Below are positions 41,167 through 51,054 of a stretch of DNA of 64,000 nt, one piece after another. The DNA comes from a virus, in IMG/VR virus record IMGVR_UViG_3300042402_002055, positions 1 through 64,000 of that record. One strand, given 5' to 3'. Numbering within the stretch: position 1 is the stretch's first letter; each line of letters begins with the position of its first letter. The position numbers were made by a program, and so were the translations under genes. The notes under the pieces were generated by a model, which did not search any database, was not told the DNA's origin, and worked only from the letters and a program-made list of their open reading frames with translations.

Positions 41167-42438
41167 ATGAATCTAATTGAAGATAAACGTACCCTACTTT
41201 CGTTTTTAGGGGGTAATGTAAATATTGACCTTATCATTCCTGTATGGAGTTCTCATAGAGCACATCCGTTGGGGAATCGTTTGTCTTTTATATATTTTAG
41301 ACAAATCAATGGTGAAGATGGTATAATCAATTTCAATCACATAGATGCAAAGAAATTAGACAAATTCGACATATCAAAAATAGTCCATGTAAATACATTA
41401 GTTTTAGACAATAGGTATTTAAAGACCATAGGATTGGATTATGAGTGGGTATACTTTGAAGAGAATGGGAAACCATTTATCTTTAATGAAGTCGTAGAAT
41501 CGGTTTATAGAGGGTATAGAAACGACTTTAAGGAGTTGAATGATTGTGTACCTTTAATGAAGTGGTTGGAAATACTTAGAACAATCCCAAATATCAGTAC
41601 AAGACAAGATTGGTATAGAAAATATACATCAGCAATCAACATATTGGGAAGGCTGGAAGGGGCTGGGGTAAAAGTCGTAGAAGAAAAATTTATTGATAGT
41701 TTTACATTCAATCCACAATACATCAAAAAGGGTGGTATCGTTTACACACAATATAATCCATATACAACAACCGGCAGACCATCCAATCGTCATCTTAATG
41801 TCAACTACTCTGCGTTAAACAAATCCGATGGTACGAGAGAAATGTTTATTAGTCGTCATCCACACGGAACCCTAATTCAATTTGACTATGAGTCGTATCA
41901 CATTCGTTTGATTGCAAAAATGGTTGGGTATGAGTTTCCAACGGGTACAACGGCCCACCAACACCTTGCAAACCTTTATGGGTGTGATATAGAGACGGCA
42001 AAGAAAATAACCTTTACATACCTTTATGGGGGATTAGACGATAATGCTCGACAAATACCATTCTTTCAAAAGGTCGATGAATACATTAAGGAATTATACC
42101 AAAGGTTCGTCATTTCGGGAAAATTAACGACACTCTTATATAAAAGAGAAATACCATTCCATAGAATTGAGAGTGCCAACGAACAAAAGGTATTCAACTA
42201 TTTACTACAATCATTAGAGACTGAAATCAATTATATGAAGATTGGTGAGGTATTGGAGTATTTGGAGGGGAGAATGTCAAAAATGATACTTTATACTTAT
42301 GATGCCTTTCTTATAGACACACATCCTATTGAAAGAGAAAATCTTTTAAACGACATTAGAGAGATAATGGAGAAGGGTGGTTTTCCGGTAAAAATCGAAG
42401 AAGGAGAGAATTATAACAATTTAGAGGTTATAAGTTAA
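41167..42438 (+). CDS. Divergent family A DNA polymerase (polymerase domain only)
   Basis: TTTGRPSN; motif A FDYESYHIRL; motif B AKKITFTYLYGG; motif C YTYDAFLID. Confidence 0.75.
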   Translation: MNLIEDKRTLLSFLGGNVNIDLIIPVWSSHRAHPLGNRLSFIYFRQINGEDGIINFNHIDAKKLDKFDISKIVHVNTLVLDNRYLKTIGLDYEWVYFEENGKPFIFNEVVESVYRGYRNDFKELNDCVPLMKWLEILRTIPNISTRQDWYRKYTSAINILGRLEGAGVKVVEEKFIDSFTFNPQYIKKGGIVYTQYNPYTTTGRPSNRHLNVNYSALNKSDGTREMFISRHPHGTLIQFDYESYHIRLIAKMVGYEFPTGTTAHQHLANLYGCDIETAKKITFTYLYGGLDDNARQIPFFQKVDEYIKELYQRFVISGKLTTLLYKREIPFHRIESANEQKVFNYLLQSLETEINYMKIGEVLEYLEGRMSKMILYTYDAFLIDTHPIERENLLNDIREIMEKGGFPVKIEEGENYNNLEVIS

Positions 42439-42486
42439 AAAATTATATTTATATCATATAATTATATCTAAACGAAAAACTATACA

Positions 42487-43551
42487 ATGAGATTAGTAGA
42501 CTTAATGCCATTACAGGAGATTGACTTTCCAAATCAGAGAGCATTCGACCAATACAATAAAGTACATAAATTAAGACCTGATACAAAAGTAACTGTTGCA
42601 GGTAGAGTGACTACTGCAGGTAGAGCTTCTTTAAATTCTAAAGATATAAAAGGAACATCAGTTTTCGGTAAACAAAATACACCAAAAGATTTAGAATCAT
42701 CTATTGAAAATCATTTGAATAAAGTATCCGGTGGTAAAGGATATGCACAAAAAGAAGATGGTAGTGGTGCAATTGTATATAATATGGGTGATGGTGATAA
42801 TCCAACCTATACTTTATATATGGGTAAAGAAGGTGATAAACATCGTGTTACATTGGAACCTACTTATGGCAATGACCCTAAAAAACTACAAGGTAAAATT
42901 GATAAGAGTTTTGATAAAGTAAAAGATGCTGTAAAGTTTATGGGTGATGTTGCAAAGAAACATAGGAAAGAATTAGAAATGGACGATAATAGTGGTAATG
43001 CAAAAAAGAAGCCTGAACCACAAGATAATGATGTTTTCGATGGTGGTGTAGATGTTTTAGATACAGTTTCGGATTTATTACCTCCGGGTACTGGATTTAC
43101 TAACAAAAAGACAGGTGATAAGATTACCGTTCAAAGATACGATGGTGATAATATGTATGTTTCATATGACAAAGTTCCTGGAAAAGAATTAAAATGGCCA
43201 ATGAAACAATTTTTAAAAATGACGGCTAATAAAGAATTACAATTTACTCCAAAAGATAAATCAACTTCTAATCAACAACAATCATATAATCCGGCACAAT
43301 CCTTTAATACTAAGGTAAGTAAGATGACAGATGATAATCAACATTCTGCAGCCGCAGTTGAATTGGCAATCTATATGAATGACAAAGAGTCATTAAGTAA
43401 ATTACAACAAATCAAAAAGTATCACGATAATAGAGGATATTTGAGACCTGATGAAGCAAAAGAAAGAAATACAATAACAAAAGATTTATTGGTAAAAGCT
43501 CAAAAGGAATTACCTAAAAAAGATTACGATTTAGTTAGTAGTGCGTTTTAA
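42487..43551 (+). CDS. Hypothetical protein, possible internal head protein
   Basis: Late motif at 42445; N-terminal MRLVDLMPLQE leader; Lys/Asp-rich. Confidence 0.5.
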   Translation: MRLVDLMPLQEIDFPNQRAFDQYNKVHKLRPDTKVTVAGRVTTAGRASLNSKDIKGTSVFGKQNTPKDLESSIENHLNKVSGGKGYAQKEDGSGAIVYNMGDGDNPTYTLYMGKEGDKHRVTLEPTYGNDPKKLQGKIDKSFDKVKDAVKFMGDVAKKHRKELEMDDNSGNAKKKPEPQDNDVFDGGVDVLDTVSDLLPPGTGFTNKKTGDKITVQRYDGDNMYVSYDKVPGKELKWPMKQFLKMTANKELQFTPKDKSTSNQQQSYNPAQSFNTKVSKMTDDNQHSAAAVELAIYMNDKESLSKLQQIKKYHDNRGYLRPDEAKERNTITKDLLVKAQKELPKKDYDLVSSAF

Positions 43552-43566
43552 TAAAAAATAATAAAG

Positions 43567-45792
43567 ATGTCAATAGATTTTCAAGAAATCCTTAAAGAAT
43601 TGGAATATCGTGTAGAACATGGTATTATCGATTTGACTAAAGAGGAACAAGTTACAAAGTTAGTAGAAATTTTAAGAGAGAATAAGATAAGTGATGCAAA
43701 TGAGATTGCACAAAAAGTAAGAGTTTATTTCTCATACTTAAATGAAGCAGGCCCTAAGAAAATGAATGCACCTAAAAAAGAAGAACCAGAGGCAATCAAA
43801 GGTTCTTTTCCCGCATTTAGTAAAGAAGCTGAGAGAATTGTTGTATTCAAAAATAAAAAGAACTTCGATGATGCAATTTCATCTGGAAAATATTCAAAAC
43901 CAACTCCACAACAAGTTAAAGCTCAAGCCGAAAAAGATAGATTAGACGGACAAGGAGAAGATGATAAGGAAACTCCAACTGGTCAACCTGGTGAAAAACC
44001 AGAACAACCTGTTTCAAATATATCTCCTGATGAATTTAGAAATGATGCAGAAAGAAATTTAGAAAAAGAAAAAAACGATAAATCTAAATTAGATAAGAAT
44101 GGTAAGTTTATTCATTTAGATGATAATGATGCTGTTGATGTGGATGGTGAAGAAATGAGTGTTGCAGATGCAAGAGAATTGGATGATGATACAGTTTATT
44201 CTGCATTATTAAAAACCAAAGCTGAAAAAGCTGCAGAAGATGCAGAAACTTCTGGTGAGAAAAAAGGAGTTGGTGCAGGTAGTCCTGAATCTAGAGCTGG
44301 TGAGTGTGCCGTTACACATGGGGGTAAAGAAATAACTAAATTGATGAAGGAAGGTGCAACATATGATGCAGCCAAATCAAAGGTTATGAAACAATTAAGA
44401 AAGGCAGTTGTGAAAAATGGTGATGACGATGATACATTCTTAACCGATGCATGGGTAGACTCTGCAGAATCGGTATTAGACTATATAGAAGATAGTATTG
44501 GATTTGAAAATATAAGAGAATTTGTATGGGATACTCCCGCAGGTAGAGCAATTGTTGATACGGAAGGACATGGTACATCATCGGATTGTTTTGTTTTAAC
44601 AAATAATGGTTCTAGAGTTGGTATATCACTTAAAAAAGATTTGAGTGTATTCGTATTCAATGGTGGTTTAGCATCTATGATTGATGAATTGAAGAACGAA
44701 GGTATGAAAATATCAGACACATCTACCGGAGAACATTATAAAAACAGAAGAACCGAAGAATTCAAAAAACTAGCTAAAGCAATTACAACAAACGAAAACG
44801 TTAAGAAAGAATTTTGTAATGAATTTAATAAAACCAAAAAAGACCCATCTGCAACATTTGGTAAAAACGGAAATGGTAGAGCACAATCTATTATCAATGC
44901 AGTTTATGAAAAACCAGGTAGAGGTGAAGTAGACAACAGGCCGAATGTTAAAAAATCAGGTGCTGCTAAAGCTTTATCTGATGTAAATTGTAATGATGTT
45001 ATCAAACATGTCGTAAATGGTGAATTGAATGGTGATAATATGAAACTTATTGCAGATATGGCAAAGGTTTCAAATAGTGCAAAACTTAGAGCTGGATATG
45101 ATGGATTGAGAGGTTTGGATAGAGAAATGACAAATTCTATTACTGAAGATTTCTTAGACCCAGAGAATAGAGAATCTCTTATCAAATTGGTAAAAGGAGA
45201 AACACATATAGACGACATTTTATTCCCAGATAATCCTAAATTGGATGAACTTAAAGTAATTTATGGTGAGTCACCTGCAATTGAAATGAAAAAGGCAAAT
45301 TTAGTTAGTTTGATAGGAATTAAAAAAGAATATGCAGAATGGGAAAATGCAAAAACTGCATCGGAGAAAACCAGATTAAGAAAAATATTAGACCAAAAGA
45401 TAGACGAAGCAATTCAAGTAACGGATAAAGGTGGTGTTATGTCGGTTGGTATCAATGTGGGTGGTAATAATATTATTCCTGTATTTGATGCAAAAGTTAG
45501 AACAAGAGGTATAGGTGCAGCACCAACTTTTGAAATGTCTCAATCTCGTTTTGGTGGATTGGCATTTAAACATGGTACAACTGACTTTGAAAAGTGGGAT
45601 GATTTTGATAGAGAAGATGCAGTAACCGCAATGTCAAAAGAATTGATGGAAGATTTGGAAAATTTAGATATGAATGACGAACAAACTAAAAAAGAAGTTT
45701 GGAATAGAATATCTAAATTAAATAAGATTTTACCTGAAGGTGCAAAGAATAGGTCATTAAAAGCAGTATACACTGCAGTAAAAGAAGGTTAA
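43567..45792 (+). CDS. Hypothetical protein with possible PD-(D/E)xK-like nuclease motif
   Basis: RAGE...SSDCFVLTNNGSRVGISLKK; helical N-terminal leader ending YLNE. Confidence 0.45.
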   Translation: MSIDFQEILKELEYRVEHGIIDLTKEEQVTKLVEILRENKISDANEIAQKVRVYFSYLNEAGPKKMNAPKKEEPEAIKGSFPAFSKEAERIVVFKNKKNFDDAISSGKYSKPTPQQVKAQAEKDRLDGQGEDDKETPTGQPGEKPEQPVSNISPDEFRNDAERNLEKEKNDKSKLDKNGKFIHLDDNDAVDVDGEEMSVADARELDDDTVYSALLKTKAEKAAEDAETSGEKKGVGAGSPESRAGECAVTHGGKEITKLMKEGATYDAAKSKVMKQLRKAVVKNGDDDDTFLTDAWVDSAESVLDYIEDSIGFENIREFVWDTPAGRAIVDTEGHGTSSDCFVLTNNGSRVGISLKKDLSVFVFNGGLASMIDELKNEGMKISDTSTGEHYKNRRTEEFKKLAKAITTNENVKKEFCNEFNKTKKDPSATFGKNGNGRAQSIINAVYEKPGRGEVDNRPNVKKSGAAKALSDVNCNDVIKHVVNGELNGDNMKLIADMAKVSNSAKLRAGYDGLRGLDREMTNSITEDFLDPENRESLIKLVKGETHIDDILFPDNPKLDELKVIYGESPAIEMKKANLVSLIGIKKEYAEWENAKTASEKTRLRKILDQKIDEAIQVTDKGGVMSVGINVGGNNIIPVFDAKVRTRGIGAAPTFEMSQSRFGGLAFKHGTTDFEKWDDFDREDAVTAMSKELMEDLENLDMNDEQTKKEVWNRISKLNKILPEGAKNRSLKAVYTAVKEG

Positions 45793-45795
45793 TAA

Positions 45796-46203
45796 ATGAA
45801 TACACAATTACTTTGCCTTTTTACAACCAAAGAGGAGTTAGAGAAATCGATTCAATTTATATTGGGAAGTTATACCTTAACCAATCCAAATGTTTTTATA
45901 TTAGAAAATAAAACACATTTAGAAGAGTGTTATATTACTTTCAATGTGGAAAAGGGTTCGATTGCAATTCCGTCTGATTGGAAAACAATTCTTGTACATA
46001 GAAAAAAACAATCTAATACAATATACACTATTAACGCTTTAAATGAAGTAGTTAAGTCAAAAACTGGTGGTATGTTGGATAATTCATATATGATTGATTG
46101 GGAAGAATTTAGAAATTGTATTCTTACAACCTCAAATTCAGGATACAAAAAAATACCTACAAAAGTATTTAAATCTTTTAATACTCAAAATTTGGAGAAT
46201 TAA
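45796..46203 (+). CDS. Hypothetical protein
   Basis: Coupled ORF. Confidence 0.6.
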   Translation: MNTQLLCLFTTKEELEKSIQFILGSYTLTNPNVFILENKTHLEECYITFNVEKGSIAIPSDWKTILVHRKKQSNTIYTINALNEVVKSKTGGMLDNSYMIDWEEFRNCILTTSNSGYKKIPTKVFKSFNTQNLEN

Positions 46204-46222
46204 AATATTTTTCTTATATTTG
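46191..46222 (+). promoter_or_regulatory. Canonical Bacteroidota sigma-A promoter
   Basis: TTTG-N20-TATATTTG is an exact match to -33 TTTG / -7 TAnnTTTG. Confidence 0.75.
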
Positions 46223-46226
46223 ACTT

Positions 46227-46541
46227 ATGTCAATAAGAAAGAGATTTAAACCAATAGAAATAAGTGCAGACGAACCTGCAGATATATTCGAAACCAATAG
46301 GAGAGAACTTGCAAAGGCAATCGTTGCCGGTATTGAGTTTGGTCTTAGGAATAAAAAGAAAAGAGTTGATTTTGCAAAAGTCTTAATCAAAGAAATTATT
46401 GTTATTACATTATCAATTGATAGTAGAGAATTTACAGACCTTTTAGAAGAACAATTACAAATCCTTATTGATTTTGAGGAGTATGAGTCATGTGCATTAG
46501 TTGTCAAATTACAAAACAAATTAAACAAACAAAAAGTATAA
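46227..46541 (+). CDS. Hypothetical protein with UVR-like C-terminal helix
   Basis: IDFEEYESCALVVKL. Confidence 0.55.
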   Translation: MSIRKRFKPIEISADEPADIFETNRRELAKAIVAGIEFGLRNKKKRVDFAKVLIKEIIVITLSIDSREFTDLLEEQLQILIDFEEYESCALVVKLQNKLNKQKV

Positions 46542-46543
46542 TT

Positions 46544-46786
46544 ATGGAAAATTTAGAGATTTACGAAGATTGTATTATGTGTGGAAAGAAAACCACAACT
46601 CTTAAAACTGCACATGTCGATTTTAGATATGGATATGTAGATGGAGCAGGACAAATGTGTAGAGAATGTTATTTAAGTGAAAATAGAAATCTAATAACAA
46701 TAGAAGGTAGGATGGTTTTAGATACTCCTAACAATGCAGAATTGGGTGAAAAAGTTAGACAAATATATTGGGACAGTAAAAAATAG
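46544..46786 (+). CDS. Small Zn-ribbon-like protein
   Basis: CIMC...GQMCREC; start reassigned to ATG 46544. Confidence 0.6.
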   Translation: MENLEIYEDCIMCGKKTTTLKTAHVDFRYGYVDGAGQMCRECYLSENRNLITIEGRMVLDTPNNAELGEKVRQIYWDSKK

Positions 46787-46788
46787 TT

Positions 46789-47094
46789 ATGGTAGCTAAG
46801 AAAAAAGAAGAAGCAGAATTTCATATTGGAGATGGAAAACATTTAACGGTGAAAACATCAACCATTGTTCAAATGAATGACCAATTGAAATTAATGACCG
46901 GAGAAGGTAGGGGTATTACATTGGATATAGAAATTAAAGCAGACTTTGACAAAATTCCACCGGGATATCATCAGATGTTTATGCAAATGATGCAAATACG
47001 ATATGGTAGTATTGTAAACATATGGGATAATACACAACCTTTTACACCACCTGAAAAACAACCCAAAAAATGGTATCAAATATGGAAACGATAA
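46789..47094 (+). CDS. Hypothetical protein
   Basis: ORF within the operon. Confidence 0.55.
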   Translation: MVAKKKEEAEFHIGDGKHLTVKTSTIVQMNDQLKLMTGEGRGITLDIEIKADFDKIPPGYHQMFMQMMQIRYGSIVNIWDNTQPFTPPEKQPKKWYQIWKR

Positions 47095-47104
47095 AAAAAG
47101 TTAT

Positions 47105-47395
47105 ATGCCTGCAAAACCAAAAATAAGAAAAGAAGATTTATTACCGGATTTTAAACATACACCTCCGGCACCACAAAAGGAGATGGTTTACGGCCCTCAA
47201 CACTATGGGGGAGTAGACAATCCATACGAAGTAATTAAAGTATGTGAAGCATGGGGATTAGACAAAGATGCTTACCTATTCAATGTAGTTAAGTATGTTG
47301 CAAGAGCGGGTAAAAAAGACCCTCAAAAAGAACTGGAAGACCTCAAAAAAGCCGTATTTTACCTCGAAAGAAAGGTAAAAAACCTCCAAAAATAG
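47105..47395 (+). CDS. DUF3310 protein (T7 gp1.7 nucleotide-kinase-like)
   Basis: P.HY....E.I...NVVKYVARAGKK...EDLKKAVFYL. Confidence 0.85.
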   Translation: MPAKPKIRKEDLLPDFKHTPPAPQKEMVYGPQHYGGVDNPYEVIKVCEAWGLDKDAYLFNVVKYVARAGKKDPQKELEDLKKAVFYLERKVKNLQK

Positions 47396-47396
47396 A

Positions 47397-47430
47397 TTTG
47401 GTAATGTGGAAAAAAAGTCGTATATTTATA
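47397..47430 (+). promoter_or_regulatory. Overlapping host-type and late-type promoter upstream of SSB
   Basis: TTTG-N20-TATATTTATA. Confidence 0.6.
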
Positions 47431-47526
47431 GTAATAAAAGATAAAAAGGTTATATTTAGCAATAAGGAAATCGCGATAAAACCTTAAACTTTAAAACAAA
47501 TTTTTAAACCCTAAAACAACAAAACA

Positions 47527-48384
47527 ATGGACATTTCATTGGCACTAAAGAGATTTAGCTCTTTACAAAACAACACTAAAAAGTCGGATTCAATTTTCAA
47601 ACCGGCAAACGGAAAATCTCAAGTGAGAATCGTTCCTTACAAGTTCAACAAAGACATTCCTTTCATTGAACTTTACTTTCACTACAACATTAACAACAAG
47701 ACTTATTTGAGTCCAATGTCATTTGGTAGACCTGACCCTATCGTTGAGTTTGCAGAAAAACTTAAGAGAACAGGTGATACTGATGATTGGAAAGCGGGTA
47801 AGAAAATGGAACCAAAGTTAAGAACTTTTGTACCAGTTATCGTAAGAGGTAAAGAATCAGAAGGAGTAAAATTCTGGGGATTCGGTAAGACAGTTTATCA
47901 AGATATCTTAGGATATATTGCTGACCCTGATTACGGAGATATTACAGACCCAATGACAGGTAGAGATATCGTATTGGAAGTAATGTCAGCAGAAGAGTCT
48001 AACGCATCTTACCCAACAACAACAATCAGAGTTAAACCTGCAACGTCTAAATTAGCAGATTCTCCGGAAACTATCCAACAATTATTGGATGGTCAAAAAG
48101 AAATTACTGAATTATATTCGGAGTTATCTTACGCAGAATTAAAGTCAGTTTTAGAAAATTGGTTAAACCCATCAGCAGCAGTTGGTAGTGATGATATCAT
48201 TGAAGAATTAGAAGCACCAAAACCAAAAGCAATAGTTGCAACACCAAAACAATCTGATGTTTTAGTTGATATGGGTGGAACAACTGGTGAATTGGGTGAC
48301 TTACCTTGGGAAAAGGAAGAAGCTGCAAAACCAGCACAAAAGGATGATGTAGCATCAGCATTTGATGATTTATTTAACAATTAA
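47527..48384 (+). CDS. ssDNA-binding protein, gp32-like
   Basis: GVKFWGFGKTVY, DITDP..GRDI and an acidic tail ending FDDLFNN. Confidence 0.85.
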   Translation: MDISLALKRFSSLQNNTKKSDSIFKPANGKSQVRIVPYKFNKDIPFIELYFHYNINNKTYLSPMSFGRPDPIVEFAEKLKRTGDTDDWKAGKKMEPKLRTFVPVIVRGKESEGVKFWGFGKTVYQDILGYIADPDYGDITDPMTGRDIVLEVMSAEESNASYPTTTIRVKPATSKLADSPETIQQLLDGQKEITELYSELSYAELKSVLENWLNPSAAVGSDDIIEELEAPKPKAIVATPKQSDVLVDMGGTTGELGDLPWEKEEAAKPAQKDDVASAFDDLFNN

Positions 48385-48397
48385 TAATTAGGTTACA

Positions 48398-49504
48398 ATG
48401 GCCAAAAGAGAAGAGGATTTAGCAAGTATTCTTGCAGATTCATTAAACAAACAAAATAAGGATGGTAAGATTGCCTACTTTCTAAATGATGAAGGTGGTG
48501 ATGCTCCTACCAATGTTAAAGATTGGATTTCAACTGGCAATGCTATGTTGGATGTTGCAATCTCTAATAGACCTTATGGTGGCTTCCCTGTTGGACGTAT
48601 TAGTGAGATTACGGGTTTAGAGCAAAGTGGAAAATCTTTGCTCTCCGCCCATCTCCTTGCTGAAACACAACGCAAAGGTGGAGTGGCCGTATTGATTGAT
48701 ACCGAAACTGCAGTAAGTAGAGAATACTTAGAAGCAATCGGAGTAGATATTTCAAAGTTATTGTATGTTTCAGTTGACACCGTTGAAGGTATCTTTGAAG
48801 CATGTGAAACGATTATTGAAAAGGTTAGAACAGGAGATAAAGATAGATTGGTTACAATTGTAGTCGATTCAGTAGCAGCTGCATCTTCAAAGAAAGAGAT
48901 GGAAGCTGATTACGACAAAGATGGTTACGCAACTGACAAAGCTATTATTATTTCCAAAGCAATGAGAAAGATTACCAATATGATTGGTCGTCAATCAATC
49001 GCTTTAGTATTCACAAATCAATTAAGACAAAAGATGAACGCAATGTTTGGTGACCCGTGGACAACATCCGGTGGTAAGGCATTAGCATTCCATGCTTCAG
49101 TTAGATTGAGATTGAAGAATATGGGACAATTGAAACAAGGTGATAGAATTGTAGGTATTAAAGTTCGTTGTCAAGTTATTAAAAATAGAATGGGCCCACC
49201 ATTGAGACACGCAGACTTTGACATTTTCTTTGACAGAGGTATTGATAATTTCGGTGGATGGTTAGCAGTAATGAAAGACGCTAAAATCCTTAAACAAGCA
49301 GGAGCTTGGTACGAATATGTTGATATCGATTCAGGAGAAGTTATGAAGTTTCAATCTAAAGACTTTGCAAAAATGTTACAAGATGAGAAACTTAAAGAAC
49401 AAATTTATTTAAGAATTTGTGAGACTGCAATATTGCAATATAAAAACAATTCCAATTCGGATGAAGTTGAAGTAACAACGGACGAAGCAAATGAGTCAGA
49501 TTAG
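48398..49504 (+). CDS. uvsX: RecA/UvsX recombinase
   Basis: GLEQSGKS Walker A, IVVDSVAA, FTNQLR and GGKALAFHASVRL. Confidence 0.95.
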   Translation: MAKREEDLASILADSLNKQNKDGKIAYFLNDEGGDAPTNVKDWISTGNAMLDVAISNRPYGGFPVGRISEITGLEQSGKSLLSAHLLAETQRKGGVAVLIDTETAVSREYLEAIGVDISKLLYVSVDTVEGIFEACETIIEKVRTGDKDRLVTIVVDSVAAASSKKEMEADYDKDGYATDKAIIISKAMRKITNMIGRQSIALVFTNQLRQKMNAMFGDPWTTSGGKALAFHASVRLRLKNMGQLKQGDRIVGIKVRCQVIKNRMGPPLRHADFDIFFDRGIDNFGGWLAVMKDAKILKQAGAWYEYVDIDSGEVMKFQSKDFAKMLQDEKLKEQIYLRICETAILQYKNNSNSDEVEVTTDEANESD

Positions 49505-50549
49505 TAAAAAGTATTTAGATATACTAAAAGAAATAGATGAAGAACATAAAGGATTTGGAGATTTGCAACGCAACTCTAAAACTTTAGTAATTGATGGTCT
49601 TAATACCTTCATTCGTTCTTGGTCAACCGCTCCGAATCTTAATGATAACGGAGACCATATTGGAGGCATAGTCGGTACTTTAAAAAGTATCGGCTTTGCA
49701 ATCCGTACAATTAACCCAACAAGAGTTATCGTTGTATTCGACGGTAAAGGTGGTTCACAAAGTAGAAAAGACATATATTCTGGTTACAAATCGGAGAGAG
49801 GTAAGAACAAAATCAAAATGAGATTGAATCGTGCCGCAACTATCGAAATGAATCCTGAAGAAGAAAGTGCATCAATGAAAAGACAAATGTCTGCATTAGG
49901 TGAACTACTTTCATCATTACCTGTTTCCATTATGATTTATGATGGAATTGAGGCAGATGATGTTATGGCGTATATTGCTACAACCCTACGACAAGAAAAC
50001 GAAAAGGTTGTGATAATGAGTACGGATAAAGATTTCCTTCAATTGGTAAATAAAGATGTGAGTGTATATTCTCCATCTAAAAAGAAAGTTTACAATATTC
50101 CAGAAGTAGTAGAAGAATTTGGTATTCATCCACATAATTTCATTAATTTCAGAATGATTGACGGAGACAAATCCGACAATGTAGAAGGTATTAGTGGATT
50201 GGGTGTTAAATCAATTATGAAAGCATTTCCAATGTTAACGGAACACCAATTAGTTGACACCAACGATATGGTGGACTATGTAAACACATTAACAAAAAAA
50301 TCAAAAGCACACGAATTATTCTTAGATAATTTGGAAATTTGCGAAAGAAATCGTAAATTGATGCAGTTAGCAGAACCAACATTTAGTGGTAATCTCCGTA
50401 TGAAAATTATGGATAGATACAATGAACCAACAACAAAATTTGACAAACAAACTTTCTTAAAGTATGGTTTGAAGAATAGAATATTAGAAGGTTTCCCAAA
50501 TGTGTTGGACTGGTTACAATCAACATTCGCACATATAGCAAAATTTTAA
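49491..50549 (+). CDS. 5'-3' exonuclease / flap endonuclease (T4 RNase H-like)
   Basis: IDGLN, VVFDG, EADD, STDKDF.QL and GDKSDN motifs. Confidence 0.9.
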   Translation: MSQISKKYLDILKEIDEEHKGFGDLQRNSKTLVIDGLNTFIRSWSTAPNLNDNGDHIGGIVGTLKSIGFAIRTINPTRVIVVFDGKGGSQSRKDIYSGYKSERGKNKIKMRLNRAATIEMNPEEESASMKRQMSALGELLSSLPVSIMIYDGIEADDVMAYIATTLRQENEKVVIMSTDKDFLQLVNKDVSVYSPSKKKVYNIPEVVEEFGIHPHNFINFRMIDGDKSDNVEGISGLGVKSIMKAFPMLTEHQLVDTNDMVDYVNTLTKKSKAHELFLDNLEICERNRKLMQLAEPTFSGNLRMKIMDRYNEPTTKFDKQTFLKYGLKNRILEGFPNVLDWLQSTFAHIAKF

Positions 50550-50561
50550 AAACAAAAAGTT

Positions 50562-50876
50562 ATGACAAAAACAGCAGACAAATTAGCAAAACCATTAGGA
50601 GACAGAGTTCTTTTAACGGAATTAGAAGCAGAGGCTTCAAAAACTGCCGGTGGTATTATCATTCCAGATAGTGCAAAATCGGAAGATGTAAAGAGAGCAA
50701 GAGTAGACGCAGTAGGTGATGGCCTATTCACACAATCAGGAGTAGCAATTCCGATGAGTGTAAAAGTAGGTGATGAAGTAATCCTTCCACCATATCATCA
50801 AGGAGTAGAAATTAAAGTAGGTGGAAACAAATACATCTTACTTAGAGAATCAGAATTATTAATGGTTATTAGATAA
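50562..50876 (+). CDS. groES: GroES-family co-chaperonin
   Basis: KPLGDRVL...KTAGGIIIPDSAK...VKVGDEV...LLRESELL. Confidence 0.95.
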   Translation: MTKTADKLAKPLGDRVLLTELEAEASKTAGGIIIPDSAKSEDVKRARVDAVGDGLFTQSGVAIPMSVKVGDEVILPPYHQGVEIKVGGNKYILLRESELLMVIR

Positions 50877-50898
50877 CATAAAAACATGGAGGTCAACA

Positions 50899-51054
50899 AT
50901 GAAGTGTCTTAAAAGTAATAAAACAGGAAAAATTATTAGAGTTAGTGATAGAGAAGCTAACCTAGCAACGAGTGAGTGGAAGTTTATTCCAAAGAGCGAG
51001 TGGAAAACGGCAACAAGAAAAGTAAAAGTAGAAACCGATAAAACTGAAGCATAA
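50899..51054 (+). CDS. Small hypothetical protein (51 aa, below the ORF-track cutoff)
   Basis: MKCLKSNKTGKIIRVSD...WKFIPKSEWK; GGAGG upstream; TAATG overlap with the helicase start. Confidence 0.65.
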   Translation: MKCLKSNKTGKIIRVSDREANLATSEWKFIPKSEWKTATRKVKVETDKTEA

